From a virus: DNA of 64,000 bases. The notes below the pieces were generated by a model. It did no database searches and had not been told where the DNA came from. It saw only the letters and a program-made list of their open reading frames with translations. The position numbers and the translations under genes are program-made. Shown here piece by piece: positions 18,736-29,098 of the stretch. The stretch covers positions 1 through 64,000 of IMG/VR virus record IMGVR_UViG_3300037141_000236. The stretch is one strand, 5' to 3'. Every line of letters starts with the position of its first letter. The stretch's first letter is position 1.

Positions 18736-19544
18736 TGTCATTAAGAAAACGTACGAAGCTTGAATTTCCACAAGTTGTTTCCACATATAATCAAACGAAT
18801 CCTTTAAATCCGTCTCATTTTGTAGATGCGAATACAGATTTCTTTCTTCGCCCCATCACTTTAGAGAATATTGACCAAGCTGTATTTGAAGCATTACATA
18901 GGAAGTTCACAGTGGCTCAAAAACCATTGAATCTTATTCCTTTGGACGCTGAATTAGCTTCTATGCGCTTTCAGAACCCACAATCGTTTGATACTTTAAA
19001 GCAATATTTGAATTTACCATATTTTACAATGTGGAGAACTCAAATGCAACAAATTGTAAGGTCGTCAAATACGAATAGGCCTACAATATATGTCGTACCA
19101 ACGCATAAACCACAAGGAACAGTGTATACAGAATACATTATGCCTCCGCCACCAATGATTAAACTCTCTTATACGTTCAAATTTGTAACGACATACAGAG
19201 AATATTTAAACGAATTAGAACAACAATTCTTAGAATACTTTAAAAACAAGAGAAACGTCATTGTTATGGATAATGAACGTTTTGAAATCATGCCGAACGA
19301 ACAATTCATACTTGGGGCTTTAGATACAGTAGATCGTGAAGGGGCGACAGGACAGACTTTATATGTAGTAACATATGAATTACAAGTTATAGCTTATACA
19401 AGAGATATTACTCAAATTCTTAAAAGAGAACGCCCAAACCTATTAAACGTTAGGTTGTCTGAGCGATCAGGCGAACAGTTAGATACATTAAGCCAAACAG
19501 TAACGAGACTTCCAACAACAGGGATTGACGATAAGATTCTTTAA
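18735..19544 (+). CDS. Tail completion/sheath terminator (T4 gp15-like)
   Basis: ITLENIDQAV, LPYFTMWR, PPMIKLSYTFKF..Y...LNEL; directly upstream of the sheath gene. Confidence 0.6.
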   Translation: MSLRKRTKLEFPQVVSTYNQTNPLNPSHFVDANTDFFLRPITLENIDQAVFEALHRKFTVAQKPLNLIPLDAELASMRFQNPQSFDTLKQYLNLPYFTMWRTQMQQIVRSSNTNRPTIYVVPTHKPQGTVYTEYIMPPPPMIKLSYTFKFVTTYREYLNELEQQFLEYFKNKRNVIVMDNERFEIMPNEQFILGALDTVDREGATGQTLYVVTYELQVIAYTRDITQILKRERPNLLNVRLSERSGEQLDTLSQTVTRLPTTGIDDKIL

Positions 19545-19622
19545 ATTACCCTAGTAGAGTCTTTTTTTAAAATTACTCGATATTTAAAAACATAAACACA
19601 AACACTATAAAATATTAAATTG

Positions 19623-22430
19623 ATGGCAGTTGCAGCAGTTACAAATAAAAGTACTGGTATCTATTTCCGCGAAATAGATCTTACGATTATCACACAAGCA
19701 GTGGGTACTTTCGCAGGAGCCATGCTTGGTCTTACAGAAAAAGGCCCAGCTTTCCAGATTATGGCTTCTACTACATTCAGTGAAAGAATAGCTAGAATGG
19801 GTAATTTGAATCCAGAATTTCCTAGTTCTTACTATGCTCGTGAATTCTTAGCACAAGCTACGAATTATAAAGAAGTTAGAATATTGGGTCTTGAAGGATA
19901 TAACGAAGAAGCTTCAGAGGGTGGAACAGATAAAGCATTTGCAATACAATATGCTGTTATCGGTGCATCTACAAGACTTCCTGTGGGTGTTGGCCCTTTC
20001 ACTGCTCCAGTTATTGCGAGCCTTGAATCAGTTGCAGCTATTTTGAAGCCAAGAAGAACAACATTCACACAATTCGCAGCTGTAGATTATGTTACAATCG
20101 GAACTATTACACAAAGAGATGGCATCACAATTGCCGCTACAGATGATTTGTTTTCATTAACAATCAATTATGTATCTCCTCTTGTAAATTTACCTTTAAC
20201 AGTTCCTTGTTCATTAAGACCAAGCGCTCCCGAATATATTGGTACTGTATTTGGTACTGATCCAAGAGACGCATCACAAGTGGTAGGAAGAACTTCTCCA
20301 TTGTGGGTTGATTTTGTTTATGATTCTTTAACAAGAAAAGTAGCCCCAATCAATTCTACACCAGCAGCTTATTTCTATCCTGGAACGACAACACCAGCTT
20401 TACAATTCTTAAACATATTGCAAGGCGATATCACAGTACAAACTGGCTTCTCATATCCTGCTGAAGCTTTATCTTCAGTAACAATTGGAGCTTCAACAGT
20501 TGCATTCGCAGTTCTGCCAGCTTCTATTGTAAACGGAACACCAATCATATTCAGTTCAACAGGTATCACTGTAACTAACATTGTAGGTTTAACATCATTA
20601 GATGGAACGACTTTCTATGCGGGTGCAGTTGTAGCAGGTGTATCTTGCCAAGTATATTCTGACGCAGCTCTAACATTACCAGTAGCTACTTCAGGTGTAT
20701 TCGTTGCAGGTACAATTCAACAAGTATTCATGCCAACATGGGAAACAGAAGTAATGACATTGGGAGGTTCGCTAGTAAATGAACAAATCCCTTTCCAAAC
20801 TCCTATTACTCCTTGGTTTGTATCTGACGCTGATATGGCAGGTAACACACAAAGATTATTTAGAATCTGGAGCATTTCCGATGGAGATAATGCTAATACA
20901 GAAATCAAATTAGAAATCGCCAATATCAATCCTGATGGGAATCTTGGATTTGGTTCTTTTGATATTCTAGTTAGATTATTTGGAGACAGAGACGATCAAC
21001 AAAAACAAATCGTAGAAGCTTATACAAATTTATCATTGAATCCGAAGTCAGTAAATTATATTGCTAGACGTATTGGAGATGGTGAAATTTTCCCATTACA
21101 ATCAAGATATATCTTTGTAGAAATTGAAAGTGCAAATACAGTACCTACTACAGCTTTACCTTATGGTGTAGAAGGATATGTAGACACAACAGGTCTTGCA
21201 TTCCCTGATGTAGTTTGGACAACAGAATTTGACTTTAATAAGTCATTGTCTAAACAAGAATTAGGTCTTGCAAACAATCAAACAAATGCATTTGCAACTC
21301 TTACAGGGGCTTATTTGTCCTTTAAGAATGTAAATAACTTGGCAGCAGCCACAGGAAAAGGATTCCACTTGAATCCTTTGAACAATGGCTTGATCAGCAC
21401 AGCTAAATTTGCATTAGTTAATCAAAATATTTATCAAGTTAATCCTCCATCTAATACAAATCCAATATCAGGACAAGTGAAAACACAACGTTCTGGTTAT
21501 GTAGTTGCAATGGCAGGTGGATTTAATGCATTTAATAAGTATAACGAAAGAGATTGGGGTACAGTAACATCTGCAGACTATGCAGCATTACAACAAGGTA
21601 TCGACATTCTTGCAGACTTTGAAAGCTTACCTGCTGACTTTTCAGTATTGGTAACTCCAGACTTAAACTTTGAAGACCATGCATCAGCTGCAGAAGCTGT
21701 ATTAGAAATGGTAAGCATTGTAAGAGGTGATGCTTTATATATTCCTGACTTTAGATATGATGTTGATGCAATCCCAGCGAATGCATCATTATCATTAGGA
21801 TCATCACAAATGAATTCTAACTTCGTGGCAGTTTATTTCCCACACGTACAGATTTCTGATGATGTAAACAATACAAACGTATGGTTGCCACCATCTATCA
21901 TTGCTTTAGCAACAATAGCTGCAACAGCAACTAACGAACAAGTATGGCAACCACCAGCAGGTTCTTTAAGAACTGTAACTGATAACTTGGTAAGAACAAG
22001 AAAGAGAATGAGACTTGCAGACAGAGAAATCTTGAAAGCAGCAAGTATCAACCCCATCACTGAATTCCCAGGATCAGGTTTTGAAATCACTGAATCTAGA
22101 ACAACACAATCGTTCTTATCAGCGTTATCATTCGTACACAATAGATTATTACTTGGTTATGCTAAGAAAGCATTAAGCCAAATCTTAAGACCGTTATTAC
22201 AACAATTGAATTCTGTTAACTTACAGAACTCATTTATCAATACAGTTACGCCTGTATTCGATAGAATCAAAAAGCTAAATGGATTAGAAACATTCACAGT
22301 GGCTATCGATACTTCGAATCCTGATAGAACAACATTGAATGGTGTAATCACAATCGTACCTTTGTATCCTGTAGAAAGAATCATCGTAGATTTCGTACTA
22401 GAGAACGGAACATTGAATTTCAACCAATAA
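19623..22430 (+). CDS. gp18: Contractile tail sheath protein (gp18-like)
   Basis: GIYFREIDLT, GLTEKGPAF, NYIARRIGD, YFPHV, VWLPPS, WQPPAG, INPITEFPG, PLYPVERIIVDF. Confidence 0.95.
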   Translation: MAVAAVTNKSTGIYFREIDLTIITQAVGTFAGAMLGLTEKGPAFQIMASTTFSERIARMGNLNPEFPSSYYAREFLAQATNYKEVRILGLEGYNEEASEGGTDKAFAIQYAVIGASTRLPVGVGPFTAPVIASLESVAAILKPRRTTFTQFAAVDYVTIGTITQRDGITIAATDDLFSLTINYVSPLVNLPLTVPCSLRPSAPEYIGTVFGTDPRDASQVVGRTSPLWVDFVYDSLTRKVAPINSTPAAYFYPGTTTPALQFLNILQGDITVQTGFSYPAEALSSVTIGASTVAFAVLPASIVNGTPIIFSSTGITVTNIVGLTSLDGTTFYAGAVVAGVSCQVYSDAALTLPVATSGVFVAGTIQQVFMPTWETEVMTLGGSLVNEQIPFQTPITPWFVSDADMAGNTQRLFRIWSISDGDNANTEIKLEIANINPDGNLGFGSFDILVRLFGDRDDQQKQIVEAYTNLSLNPKSVNYIARRIGDGEIFPLQSRYIFVEIESANTVPTTALPYGVEGYVDTTGLAFPDVVWTTEFDFNKSLSKQELGLANNQTNAFATLTGAYLSFKNVNNLAAATGKGFHLNPLNNGLISTAKFALVNQNIYQVNPPSNTNPISGQVKTQRSGYVVAMAGGFNAFNKYNERDWGTVTSADYAALQQGIDILADFESLPADFSVLVTPDLNFEDHASAAEAVLEMVSIVRGDALYIPDFRYDVDAIPANASLSLGSSQMNSNFVAVYFPHVQISDDVNNTNVWLPPSIIALATIAATATNEQVWQPPAGSLRTVTDNLVRTRKRMRLADREILKAASINPITEFPGSGFEITESRTTQSFLSALSFVHNRLLLGYAKKALSQILRPLLQQLNSVNLQNSFINTVTPVFDRIKKLNGLETFTVAIDTSNPDRTTLNGVITIVPLYPVERIIVDFVLENGTLNFNQ

Positions 22431-22435
22431 GCTGA

Positions 22436-22738
22436 ATGAAGAAAAGCCCTAGAGTAGAAGAATTGGTTGAGGCCATGATTAAAGAATCATCTGCTGAATT
22501 AAATGAAGCCGGCACAGTAGCTGGAGCTTCAGAAGATAAGTCGGGGGAAGCTTTTGGCCTATTAGATGATGCAAGAAAGTCTTTACAAGATGCTCAGGCA
22601 AATATTTATATGAAGATGCCTTCAATTTATCAACAATTATATAAGGATCAACTAGCAACAATTTATAATCACGCTCACAATGCAATCGCAGAAGTCCAAA
22701 AATTGGCCAAGCGCATGCATGAGGAATTGCAGAAGTAA
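22436..22738 (+). CDS. Putative internal head protein
   Basis: N-terminus RVEELVEAMIKES..LNEA, a motif shared with other late proteins. Confidence 0.6.
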   Translation: MKKSPRVEELVEAMIKESSAELNEAGTVAGASEDKSGEAFGLLDDARKSLQDAQANIYMKMPSIYQQLYKDQLATIYNHAHNAIAEVQKLAKRMHEELQK

Positions 22739-22817
22739 AGATGGAAAGAGAATTGTATAAAGGGAAGAAACGTGTATTTGACATGCTAACCGGGAAACAT
22801 TTATATATTTAAAGACA

Positions 22818-23537
22818 ATGAAAAACAAAATAGAAGAAACTAAGGCTCTATTAGAAAAAGTATCAGGACGTAAAGTTTCTCTTGTAGAGAAATTTGCTGA
22901 ACCTGCCAAAATTGATAAAGACAAGAAAGGCATGTTTAAAGGCGATAACGAATCTGAATTGAAATCAGAACTTTCTACTCTTAAAAAAAAGAAAGACCAT
23001 TCTGAAGCTGATACTAAAAGAATCAGAGAAATCGAATTTGCAATCAGAGCTAAATCTGGTTGGGGTAAGGTTGAATCTGTAGTTAAAGAAGCTAAAGACG
23101 ATAAGAAAGTGGAAAAGAAAGAGAAAGAATCTCCTAAGGAGAAGAAAGTAGATAAAGCTACTGATGTTGCAGCTAACGTAGCTCCAGCATCTGTTGAAAA
23201 GACAGTTGCAGGTATCATTCCTCCAGTTGCCATTGCACAAATCCAAAGCTTTATGGACGAAACTCTTGCAGATATCAATGAAGGTCTTATGGAACTTCAA
23301 ACAATGAAGATCGACGCCAACACAATTGCATCGGGAGATGACTATTATGAAAAAGCTGAAGAACTTCAAGACGAGATTAAACAAATCGCTCGTATGGCCA
23401 CATTCGTAAAGAATACAATCATTGCTAAGAAGTTTGATGCTACATTATTAGATAAGATCATTTCTTATAAGAATAGCGCACCTGCTCCAGCAATGCCAGA
23501 AGCACCAATTGCAGGATCTGTTGAGCCTATCATGTAA
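22818..23537 (+). CDS. Putative internal head protein
   Basis: N-terminus LLEKVSGRKVSLVE; charged protein; TATTTAAA box 4 nt upstream. Confidence 0.65.
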   Translation: MKNKIEETKALLEKVSGRKVSLVEKFAEPAKIDKDKKGMFKGDNESELKSELSTLKKKKDHSEADTKRIREIEFAIRAKSGWGKVESVVKEAKDDKKVEKKEKESPKEKKVDKATDVAANVAPASVEKTVAGIIPPVAIAQIQSFMDETLADINEGLMELQTMKIDANTIASGDDYYEKAEELQDEIKQIARMATFVKNTIIAKKFDATLLDKIISYKNSAPAPAMPEAPIAGSVEPIM

Positions 23538-23652
23538 TGCACATGCTTCTCATAGAAATTGTAAAACATTTCTTTTTCTATGCAATAGATAAAGCAATTG
23601 AATACAAAAGAAAAGTGAAAAAGAAAAAATAAAAACGAGATTTGGGGATTTA

Positions 23653-23660
23653 TATTTAAT
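23653..23660 (+). promoter_or_regulatory. Putative late promoter TATTTA(A/T)(A/T) (representative copy)
   Basis: Same box upstream of about 18 genes: 202, 1013, 3405, 10269, 14830, 16759, 19581, 22806, 23653, 24272, 25185, 31049(-), 38231, 42705, 43646, 50964, 54100, 62565(-). Confidence 0.7.
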
Positions 23661-23686
23661 AGAAATAACCAAACCACATTAAACCA

Positions 23687-24223
23687 ATGATGAACCTTAA
23701 TCTAATCAAATCCATGAAAACCGGTCTTGTTAACTCAGGACAGATGTTTTCTACGCTTCCGAACCAGTTCGAAGTGATTCGTAAAGACTTATGGTCTATC
23801 GAATTTCCAGTGGCTATGAATATTCCTGAGACATTACAAGTATCTGCATCACGTCCTAAAATGACTAATGAAAGCAAAGAAGTAATGTTCAAGAATCTTT
23901 CTACTTTCTACAAAGGAAAGACGAAGATGGAAGCCATTACTATTGTTTTCAGAGATGCTATTGGAACTTCAGTGTTTCAAAAGCTTCTACAATGGCAGAG
24001 ACAACATACTGACTTTGCTACAGGTAAAGGCGGATATGCAGGAACATATAAAAAGACATTAACTCTTAATATGGAAGCTCCAGACGGAACAGTAATTCAA
24101 AAATTCTATCTATATGGATGTTTCATCACTGAATTCGATGGTGGAGAAATAAATATGGAAGATGACTCAATCGCACAGATAAGTCTAACCATTCAAATGG
24201 ATTCTTTTGACCAGGCGTTCTAG
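23687..24223 (+). CDS. gp19: Tail tube protein (gp19-like)
   Basis: SASRPKM, YKGKTKMEAITIVFRD, GYAGTYKK.L.LNMEAPDG.V..F.LYGCF, ISLTIQMD; follows the sheath gene. Confidence 0.9.
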   Translation: MMNLNLIKSMKTGLVNSGQMFSTLPNQFEVIRKDLWSIEFPVAMNIPETLQVSASRPKMTNESKEVMFKNLSTFYKGKTKMEAITIVFRDAIGTSVFQKLLQWQRQHTDFATGKGGYAGTYKKTLTLNMEAPDGTVIQKFYLYGCFITEFDGGEINMEDDSIAQISLTIQMDSFDQAF

Positions 24224-24233
24224 GGGGGGGGGG
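24223..24233. repeat. G11 homopolymer at the tail tube stop codon
   Basis: ttc tag ggggggggg gatc in an AT-rich genome. Confidence 0.7.
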
Positions 24234-24302
24234 ATCTAAACATTCTTTTTGAAATTCATAAAAGTTTTCCATATTTAATAGAAATAACAAACTATTAAAA
24301 TA

Positions 24303-25133
24303 ATGGAAAACTTTTTTATTTGTAAAACTTGTGGAACACAGTCTGGAGGAATAAAACAATTAATACATCATAATTGGTTTAAACACAGAATAAATGCGTC
24401 AGAAACGGTTCTAGAATATGTTTATGATAATGTCATTCCACAATGCCAATGTGGTTGTGGTGAAGCTATGAAGTACTTCCCAACCCTTAAAGATTACGCT
24501 AAATGGAAAGCTGGGCATAAAGCAAAGGTTGAAAATTTTGGGAACAAAGAAGGATATAAAAAATCAAAAGAAACTCGCCAACTGTTATCAGAACAAGGAT
24601 TATTAAAGAATTCCGTGGAAACACGTAAAAAGAAGTCAATAGCTCGTCAAGGTGATAAAAACCCAATGTTTGGTAAAACGCACACAGATAAAGTTAAACA
24701 TGAACTTGGTAATAAAACTAAAGAAAATTGGTTGATTCCTGAATATCGCAATAATATAACAACAAAGTTAATAAGAGGATCAGCAGGCGAGTTAGCAGAT
24801 CATCAAACTGAATTATTAAAACTTGCTCACGAAAATTCTAATAATGTAGGTACTCACATTTATCTCCTACAATGGGAAGAAACAAATTTATATAAAATAG
24901 GTTACACAACAAATTCTCCATATCATCGTCTTGTACAAATACAACGTGGCGCACCATTTAAAATATCTTTAAAAAGTTCTTTTAAAACAATCGCAGGTGT
25001 TAAACTAGAGTCAAAATTACACAAGTTTTTTGAACAAAAACATAAAACAGGAGAATGGTTTGAGCTAGATCAATCCGATGTTGATAGTTTTGTTGATATT
25101 TGTGAAGCTTTTGAAAAGGCCTTGGCTGTATAA
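24303..25133 (+). CDS. Zn-finger + NUMOD3 + T5orf172/GIY-YIG-like endonuclease
   Basis: CKTC, CQCGCG, GDKNPMFGKTHT, IYLL..LYKIGYT..RL..IQ.G, LE..LH..F...GEWF. Confidence 0.8.
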   Translation: MENFFICKTCGTQSGGIKQLIHHNWFKHRINASETVLEYVYDNVIPQCQCGCGEAMKYFPTLKDYAKWKAGHKAKVENFGNKEGYKKSKETRQLLSEQGLLKNSVETRKKKSIARQGDKNPMFGKTHTDKVKHELGNKTKENWLIPEYRNNITTKLIRGSAGELADHQTELLKLAHENSNNVGTHIYLLQWEETNLYKIGYTTNSPYHRLVQIQRGAPFKISLKSSFKTIAGVKLESKLHKFFEQKHKTGEWFELDQSDVDSFVDICEAFEKALAV

Positions 25134-25152
25134 CGTAAAACTAATATTAATC

Positions 25153-25180
25153 AGACCGGAAGTAATCTTCCGGTTTTTTT
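25153..25180 (+). terminator. Intrinsic terminator
   Basis: agaccggaag-taat-cttccggttt followed by a T-run. Confidence 0.85.
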
Positions 25181-25228
25181 ATCATATTTAATTAAACAAT
25201 CCGCGTGGATATCTAAAACCAGACCAAG

Positions 25229-25684
25229 ATGACCAGAGTAATCAAATCCCTTCTTCTAATCGCGTTTATGGCTCTAATACCATTAAGTGTTAGCTCACAT
25301 GAATCCAGAGATACAATAAAACCAAAGATAACGCAAATGATGGCTTTGAACACTGAAGCCTCAAGTGCTTTTGAATTAGCATTGCAAGACGCCATTCTTA
25401 AAGGTGATATGAATCTGATGCATTCTTTTATTCTTCCCACCGTAGATTTCGTTATTAAAGCTAAAGGCGAAGTGAATACTGTTAAAGTTTCAGATAAAGA
25501 TGCTTTGAATGGATTACAATTTGTATTAGCCCATCTACCAGCATGTACTTTAACAATCAGTTCAGCACAAGACGGTGGAAATATAATTTACATCTTAGAG
25601 TTTGATAAAAAGGATGGCAAAGCACCACTAGTGTGGGCGCTTTATACAAAGTACGGACAAATATTTAAAATATACGTAGGCTAA
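25229..25684 (+). CDS. Exported protein (signal peptide; weak DUF4783-like resemblance)
   Basis: MTRVIKSLLLIAFMALIPLSVSS signal; late box upstream. Confidence 0.6.
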   Translation: MTRVIKSLLLIAFMALIPLSVSSHESRDTIKPKITQMMALNTEASSAFELALQDAILKGDMNLMHSFILPTVDFVIKAKGEVNTVKVSDKDALNGLQFVLAHLPACTLTISSAQDGGNIIYILEFDKKDGKAPLVWALYTKYGQIFKIYVG

Positions 25685-26004
25685 TGGCAGCAGGAGATCC
25701 AGGAGGAGCACCTTTAAACCCAAATGATTTCACGAATGGAGATCATAGTTGGAAGAATTGGGTAAGAGTAATGTGGGGTGCCCGTTACTTACAGTTATTT
25801 GCAATTGGGTTTGCTCTATTGATAGCTCAATTGTTTAATTTAGGTTGGTGTTATGATGCGTATTCTAATGCAGCCGACGATGGAGTCTTAGCCATAATGT
25901 TAACTAGTGTTGGAATGTTTATTCCATTGACAATATGTTGTGTAATAGCTTATAAAGGTTTTTATCAATTTTGGCAAGATCAAACACATGGTATCTCTAG
26001 ATAA
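25684..26004 (+). CDS. Small two-TM membrane protein
   Basis: Two hydrophobic helices; translationally coupled. Confidence 0.65.
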   Translation: MAAGDPGGAPLNPNDFTNGDHSWKNWVRVMWGARYLQLFAIGFALLIAQLFNLGWCYDAYSNAADDGVLAIMLTSVGMFIPLTICCVIAYKGFYQFWQDQTHGISR

Positions 26005-26506
26005 AGAAGACTTTAAGTCTTGGAAAATAAAGAAAGGACATCACTATTGTTCGAACCTATTAAGGTTGAGTTTGTATTTAAAGCAAATCAGGCTCTCTTA
26101 CGATGTTATATTCCAAGATTCTTGTGCGTATACTATGGCTTATCCGCATAATTTGGATATTAATAAACTATTTGGCTTGTCATACGGGTATCACCATCAT
26201 AATTCAATCAGATTTGGGTGGCATTCTAATAATGGCATTCAAATATTTGCATATTATTATGTAGACGGAATAAGAAAAGAAGAATGGATGTGTACTTTGA
26301 AAACAGGGGTACAATATAAGATGACAATTATTCGACAATCTGATAAGTATTCACTAGTTATAACAGGACCAGATAATCTTTTGAAGCAAAAGATAGTGAA
26401 TCATGGATTGAATATGGTAAATTATGGTTATGAGCTTTTCCCTTATTTCGGTGGAACTCAAAAATGTCCGCAGGACATGATAATTTTAATGCATAAGAAT
26501 GAATAA
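25988..26506 (+). CDS. Conserved phage hypothetical beta-sandwich protein
   Basis: INKLFGLSYG.HHHNSIRFGW, LFPYFGG. Confidence 0.7.
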   Translation: MVSLDKEDFKSWKIKKGHHYCSNLLRLSLYLKQIRLSYDVIFQDSCAYTMAYPHNLDINKLFGLSYGYHHHNSIRFGWHSNNGIQIFAYYYVDGIRKEEWMCTLKTGVQYKMTIIRQSDKYSLVITGPDNLLKQKIVNHGLNMVNYGYELFPYFGGTQKCPQDMIILMHKNE

Positions 26507-26936
26507 ACAAGAAAGAACACAACAGTTGATAGAAAGCATGCTTAAAGAAGTGAGGCTTCCGACTGGCTATTTTCTTGTCACCACGACATTTCAATTACCT
26601 TCCGCAGATAAAGAATGGGAAACCGTTTTCAACCAAGGAGAGACAATCAAGTTAGATCCTTCTTCTAAGAGCATCCAAACGCTAAATAAGATAGATGGAA
26701 GATGGGCAGCTAAAGACATTTCTTTATTGGATCTTATGCAACCCCAACAATATAGAATATTCCAACAAGGTGTAAGGAAAATGAATCCTGAAGAAGTACA
26801 AACTTTGACAGGAAAATCTGCTGCACCAGTAACTCCAGAGCTAGAATTCACCACAACTGTAAGAGGTATGGCGAAACGTATAAGAGATTATAAGTTAGAT
26901 CCCGGAACAAAAATCAAAATCACTGTTATTAAGTAA
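26499..26936 (+). CDS. Putative internal head protein
   Basis: N-terminus RTQQLIESMLKEV. Confidence 0.6.
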   Translation: MNKQERTQQLIESMLKEVRLPTGYFLVTTTFQLPSADKEWETVFNQGETIKLDPSSKSIQTLNKIDGRWAAKDISLLDLMQPQQYRIFQQGVRKMNPEEVQTLTGKSAAPVTPELEFTTTVRGMAKRIRDYKLDPGTKIKITVIK

Positions 26937-28138
26937 TGAAAGTCGATTTGAAGGTAGGAGATGTGATTCTTACAGGTAAGTGGAAGAATAAGAAAGTAAC
27001 TGTAAAAGAGTTTGGCACCAATGAATTAGGCCAACCCACAGTAAATGGAAAGCCTATGCTTAATTTTCGCATAGCTCGTTTAATGCCTGAAAAAGAAGAT
27101 TTAAAAGAATTATGGGTTCCGAATCTTGAATATCTTATAAAACAATATGGGTTAACAGGCCCAGGTCCTTTATTAAAATTTAAAGATGATCCACATGAAT
27201 ACGTATTGAAAAACGTATCTCCTGATAGAAAAAGTGTATTTGTTACCTTAAACCATCAACAAACATATAGAAAGCCTTTAAATAAGTTAGAAAAAGTTAA
27301 CAGAAAATATGTTGGTTGGTTTTCTATACCGCTTATTTATGAATCATCTACATATTTAAAAGAAATGGGAGAAGAAGACAAATATGTTCCAAGACCTGAC
27401 GAAAAAGCTTTAGAGCTTATGAGACAGAGACAGGCTGCAACACAAGGCGGGCCCATTGAACAAAAGTTCATGATGGAACTGGCAAGCAAACTTCGTTTTG
27501 CTTTCTCAGATTTTTTAGATACCATGAATCAATACGGAATAAGTAAGACGAATCCTCAATTTGAAGCTGAATTCAAAGTAAAGTATCCAGCTTCTATGGA
27601 TATGCAACTCAAAGGGTTATATTATAAATTCACACAAGGCGGATCAGATCTATTAAAAGGAATGTCCTTTGAACAATTGATAGCCATTGTATTAAAAGAA
27701 GTACAAGCACACACTGCTAACGATTTTTATATTCATTTAAAAGATATTGTAACTAATATCACAAAACAAGTTATAGGCACATTAAAAAAAGAATCAATGA
27801 CTGAGGGTAAGGATCTAAAAGTTCAATTGTTAATTGAACAAATCATGGGAGAAGCTAAAGCAAAATTAAAACTTGCTCCGGCACCAATTCAAGAACAAAC
27901 TTTAGAAGAATATAAAGATCCATATGCTCCTGATTCAAAGGATGAAATGCGTATAAGCGATATCCTTACAAAAGCAAGAGGAAGTAAAGGGATGGCTATA
28001 CAATTAGCACAGCGTATGGCGTTTGCAATTACTGATGTTGCAAAAGCTTATAGAAGATTTAGAGCAGCAGAAGATATGAATGCACATCAAATAGCTCACG
28101 TGTTTTATAAAAGATACAGAGATTTAGGAGGTAAATAA
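26936..28138 (+). CDS. Mosaic putative internal head protein
   Basis: N-terminal KVGDVILTGKWKNK..VK.FG..ELGQPTVNG module; domains separated by L/M-x-E sites; internal KVQLLIEQIMGEA. Confidence 0.65.
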   Translation: MKVDLKVGDVILTGKWKNKKVTVKEFGTNELGQPTVNGKPMLNFRIARLMPEKEDLKELWVPNLEYLIKQYGLTGPGPLLKFKDDPHEYVLKNVSPDRKSVFVTLNHQQTYRKPLNKLEKVNRKYVGWFSIPLIYESSTYLKEMGEEDKYVPRPDEKALELMRQRQAATQGGPIEQKFMMELASKLRFAFSDFLDTMNQYGISKTNPQFEAEFKVKYPASMDMQLKGLYYKFTQGGSDLLKGMSFEQLIAIVLKEVQAHTANDFYIHLKDIVTNITKQVIGTLKKESMTEGKDLKVQLLIEQIMGEAKAKLKLAPAPIQEQTLEEYKDPYAPDSKDEMRISDILTKARGSKGMAIQLAQRMAFAITDVAKAYRRFRAAEDMNAHQIAHVFYKRYRDLGGK

Positions 28139-29094
28139 TGGACAAAGATAAACTAAACGAAGCTGCAGCTCCAGAAGTGGAAGCGCAGTTATCACAATTA
28201 CAAGCAGCACATGACCTTCGTAAAGCCGAAATGGAAGACGATGAGTTGTGGTCTGCTATGGGTAGAGGCGCAAAGATGAGTTACATTGCAAAATTGAAAG
28301 CCCAAGAAGACAAGATTGAACGTCTTAAAAATCGTTTAGCTCGTTTGAAAATGGAGCCTGCAGTTGTAGAAGAAGAGGGTGGCAAGATGGAAGATTACAT
28401 TGAAGGTCAAAAAGATCCTGAATGTGATATTGAATCAGAAGTCATTGCTTCAACAGAAACTCCAGGACAATCAGAAAAGGACATTGCTCAGAAGGCAGTA
28501 CAACTTCGTAGGTCTATGGAAGGTATCATCAATAACATTGAGGATCTTGTTTTAAACAATGATAACCTAGAACCACATACTATTTCTGGAATTACAGAAA
28601 TTTTAGCCAAATTTAAAGAAATCAAAGATGCATTGGAACATGCACCTGTTGTAGTAGAACCTGCAGTGATTACTATTACTGACGATATTGAGCCTGAAAC
28701 AGCTCCAGAACCTCCACGTGAAGACGATCGTTATTTGTTGAAAGGCAAATATGATGAATTAAAGGAATTTGATAATGGAGTCGAAGTTGAATTCTCAGGG
28801 GATGCGATTGCCAAAGTTGTAAGAACTCGTTTCAAAGTAGAAGATGAAGAAAATGGAATGATGGTTATATCTGTTCCTAATGCTTACCAATCTTCTAAGC
28901 TATCAGAACCATCTTATAAGATCATTATATATTATGGAGATAACCGTTTGGGAGTCTATTCAGAATATAATGATGAAGATGGCAACCGAACAGCTGAGAA
29001 AGTTGAAAAGGAAATTCTAAGTCTATTGCACGATAAATCAACAAACGGTATGAGAACCACAATCGGAGATAACGGAGCATATATGCAAAACTAA
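28138..29094 (+). CDS. Acidic putative internal head protein
   Basis: KLNEA start; acidic; coupled to the upstream gene. Confidence 0.6.
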   Translation: MDKDKLNEAAAPEVEAQLSQLQAAHDLRKAEMEDDELWSAMGRGAKMSYIAKLKAQEDKIERLKNRLARLKMEPAVVEEEGGKMEDYIEGQKDPECDIESEVIASTETPGQSEKDIAQKAVQLRRSMEGIINNIEDLVLNNDNLEPHTISGITEILAKFKEIKDALEHAPVVVEPAVITITDDIEPETAPEPPREDDRYLLKGKYDELKEFDNGVEVEFSGDAIAKVVRTRFKVEDEENGMMVISVPNAYQSSKLSEPSYKIIIYYGDNRLGVYSEYNDEDGNRTAEKVEKEILSLLHDKSTNGMRTTIGDNGAYMQN

Positions 29095-29098
29095 TAAC

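Noticed and set aside
24221-24300. Programmed readthrough or frameshift extension of the tail tube protein
   Set aside because: Readthrough yields only about 24 residues through promoter sequence, with no recognisable domain.
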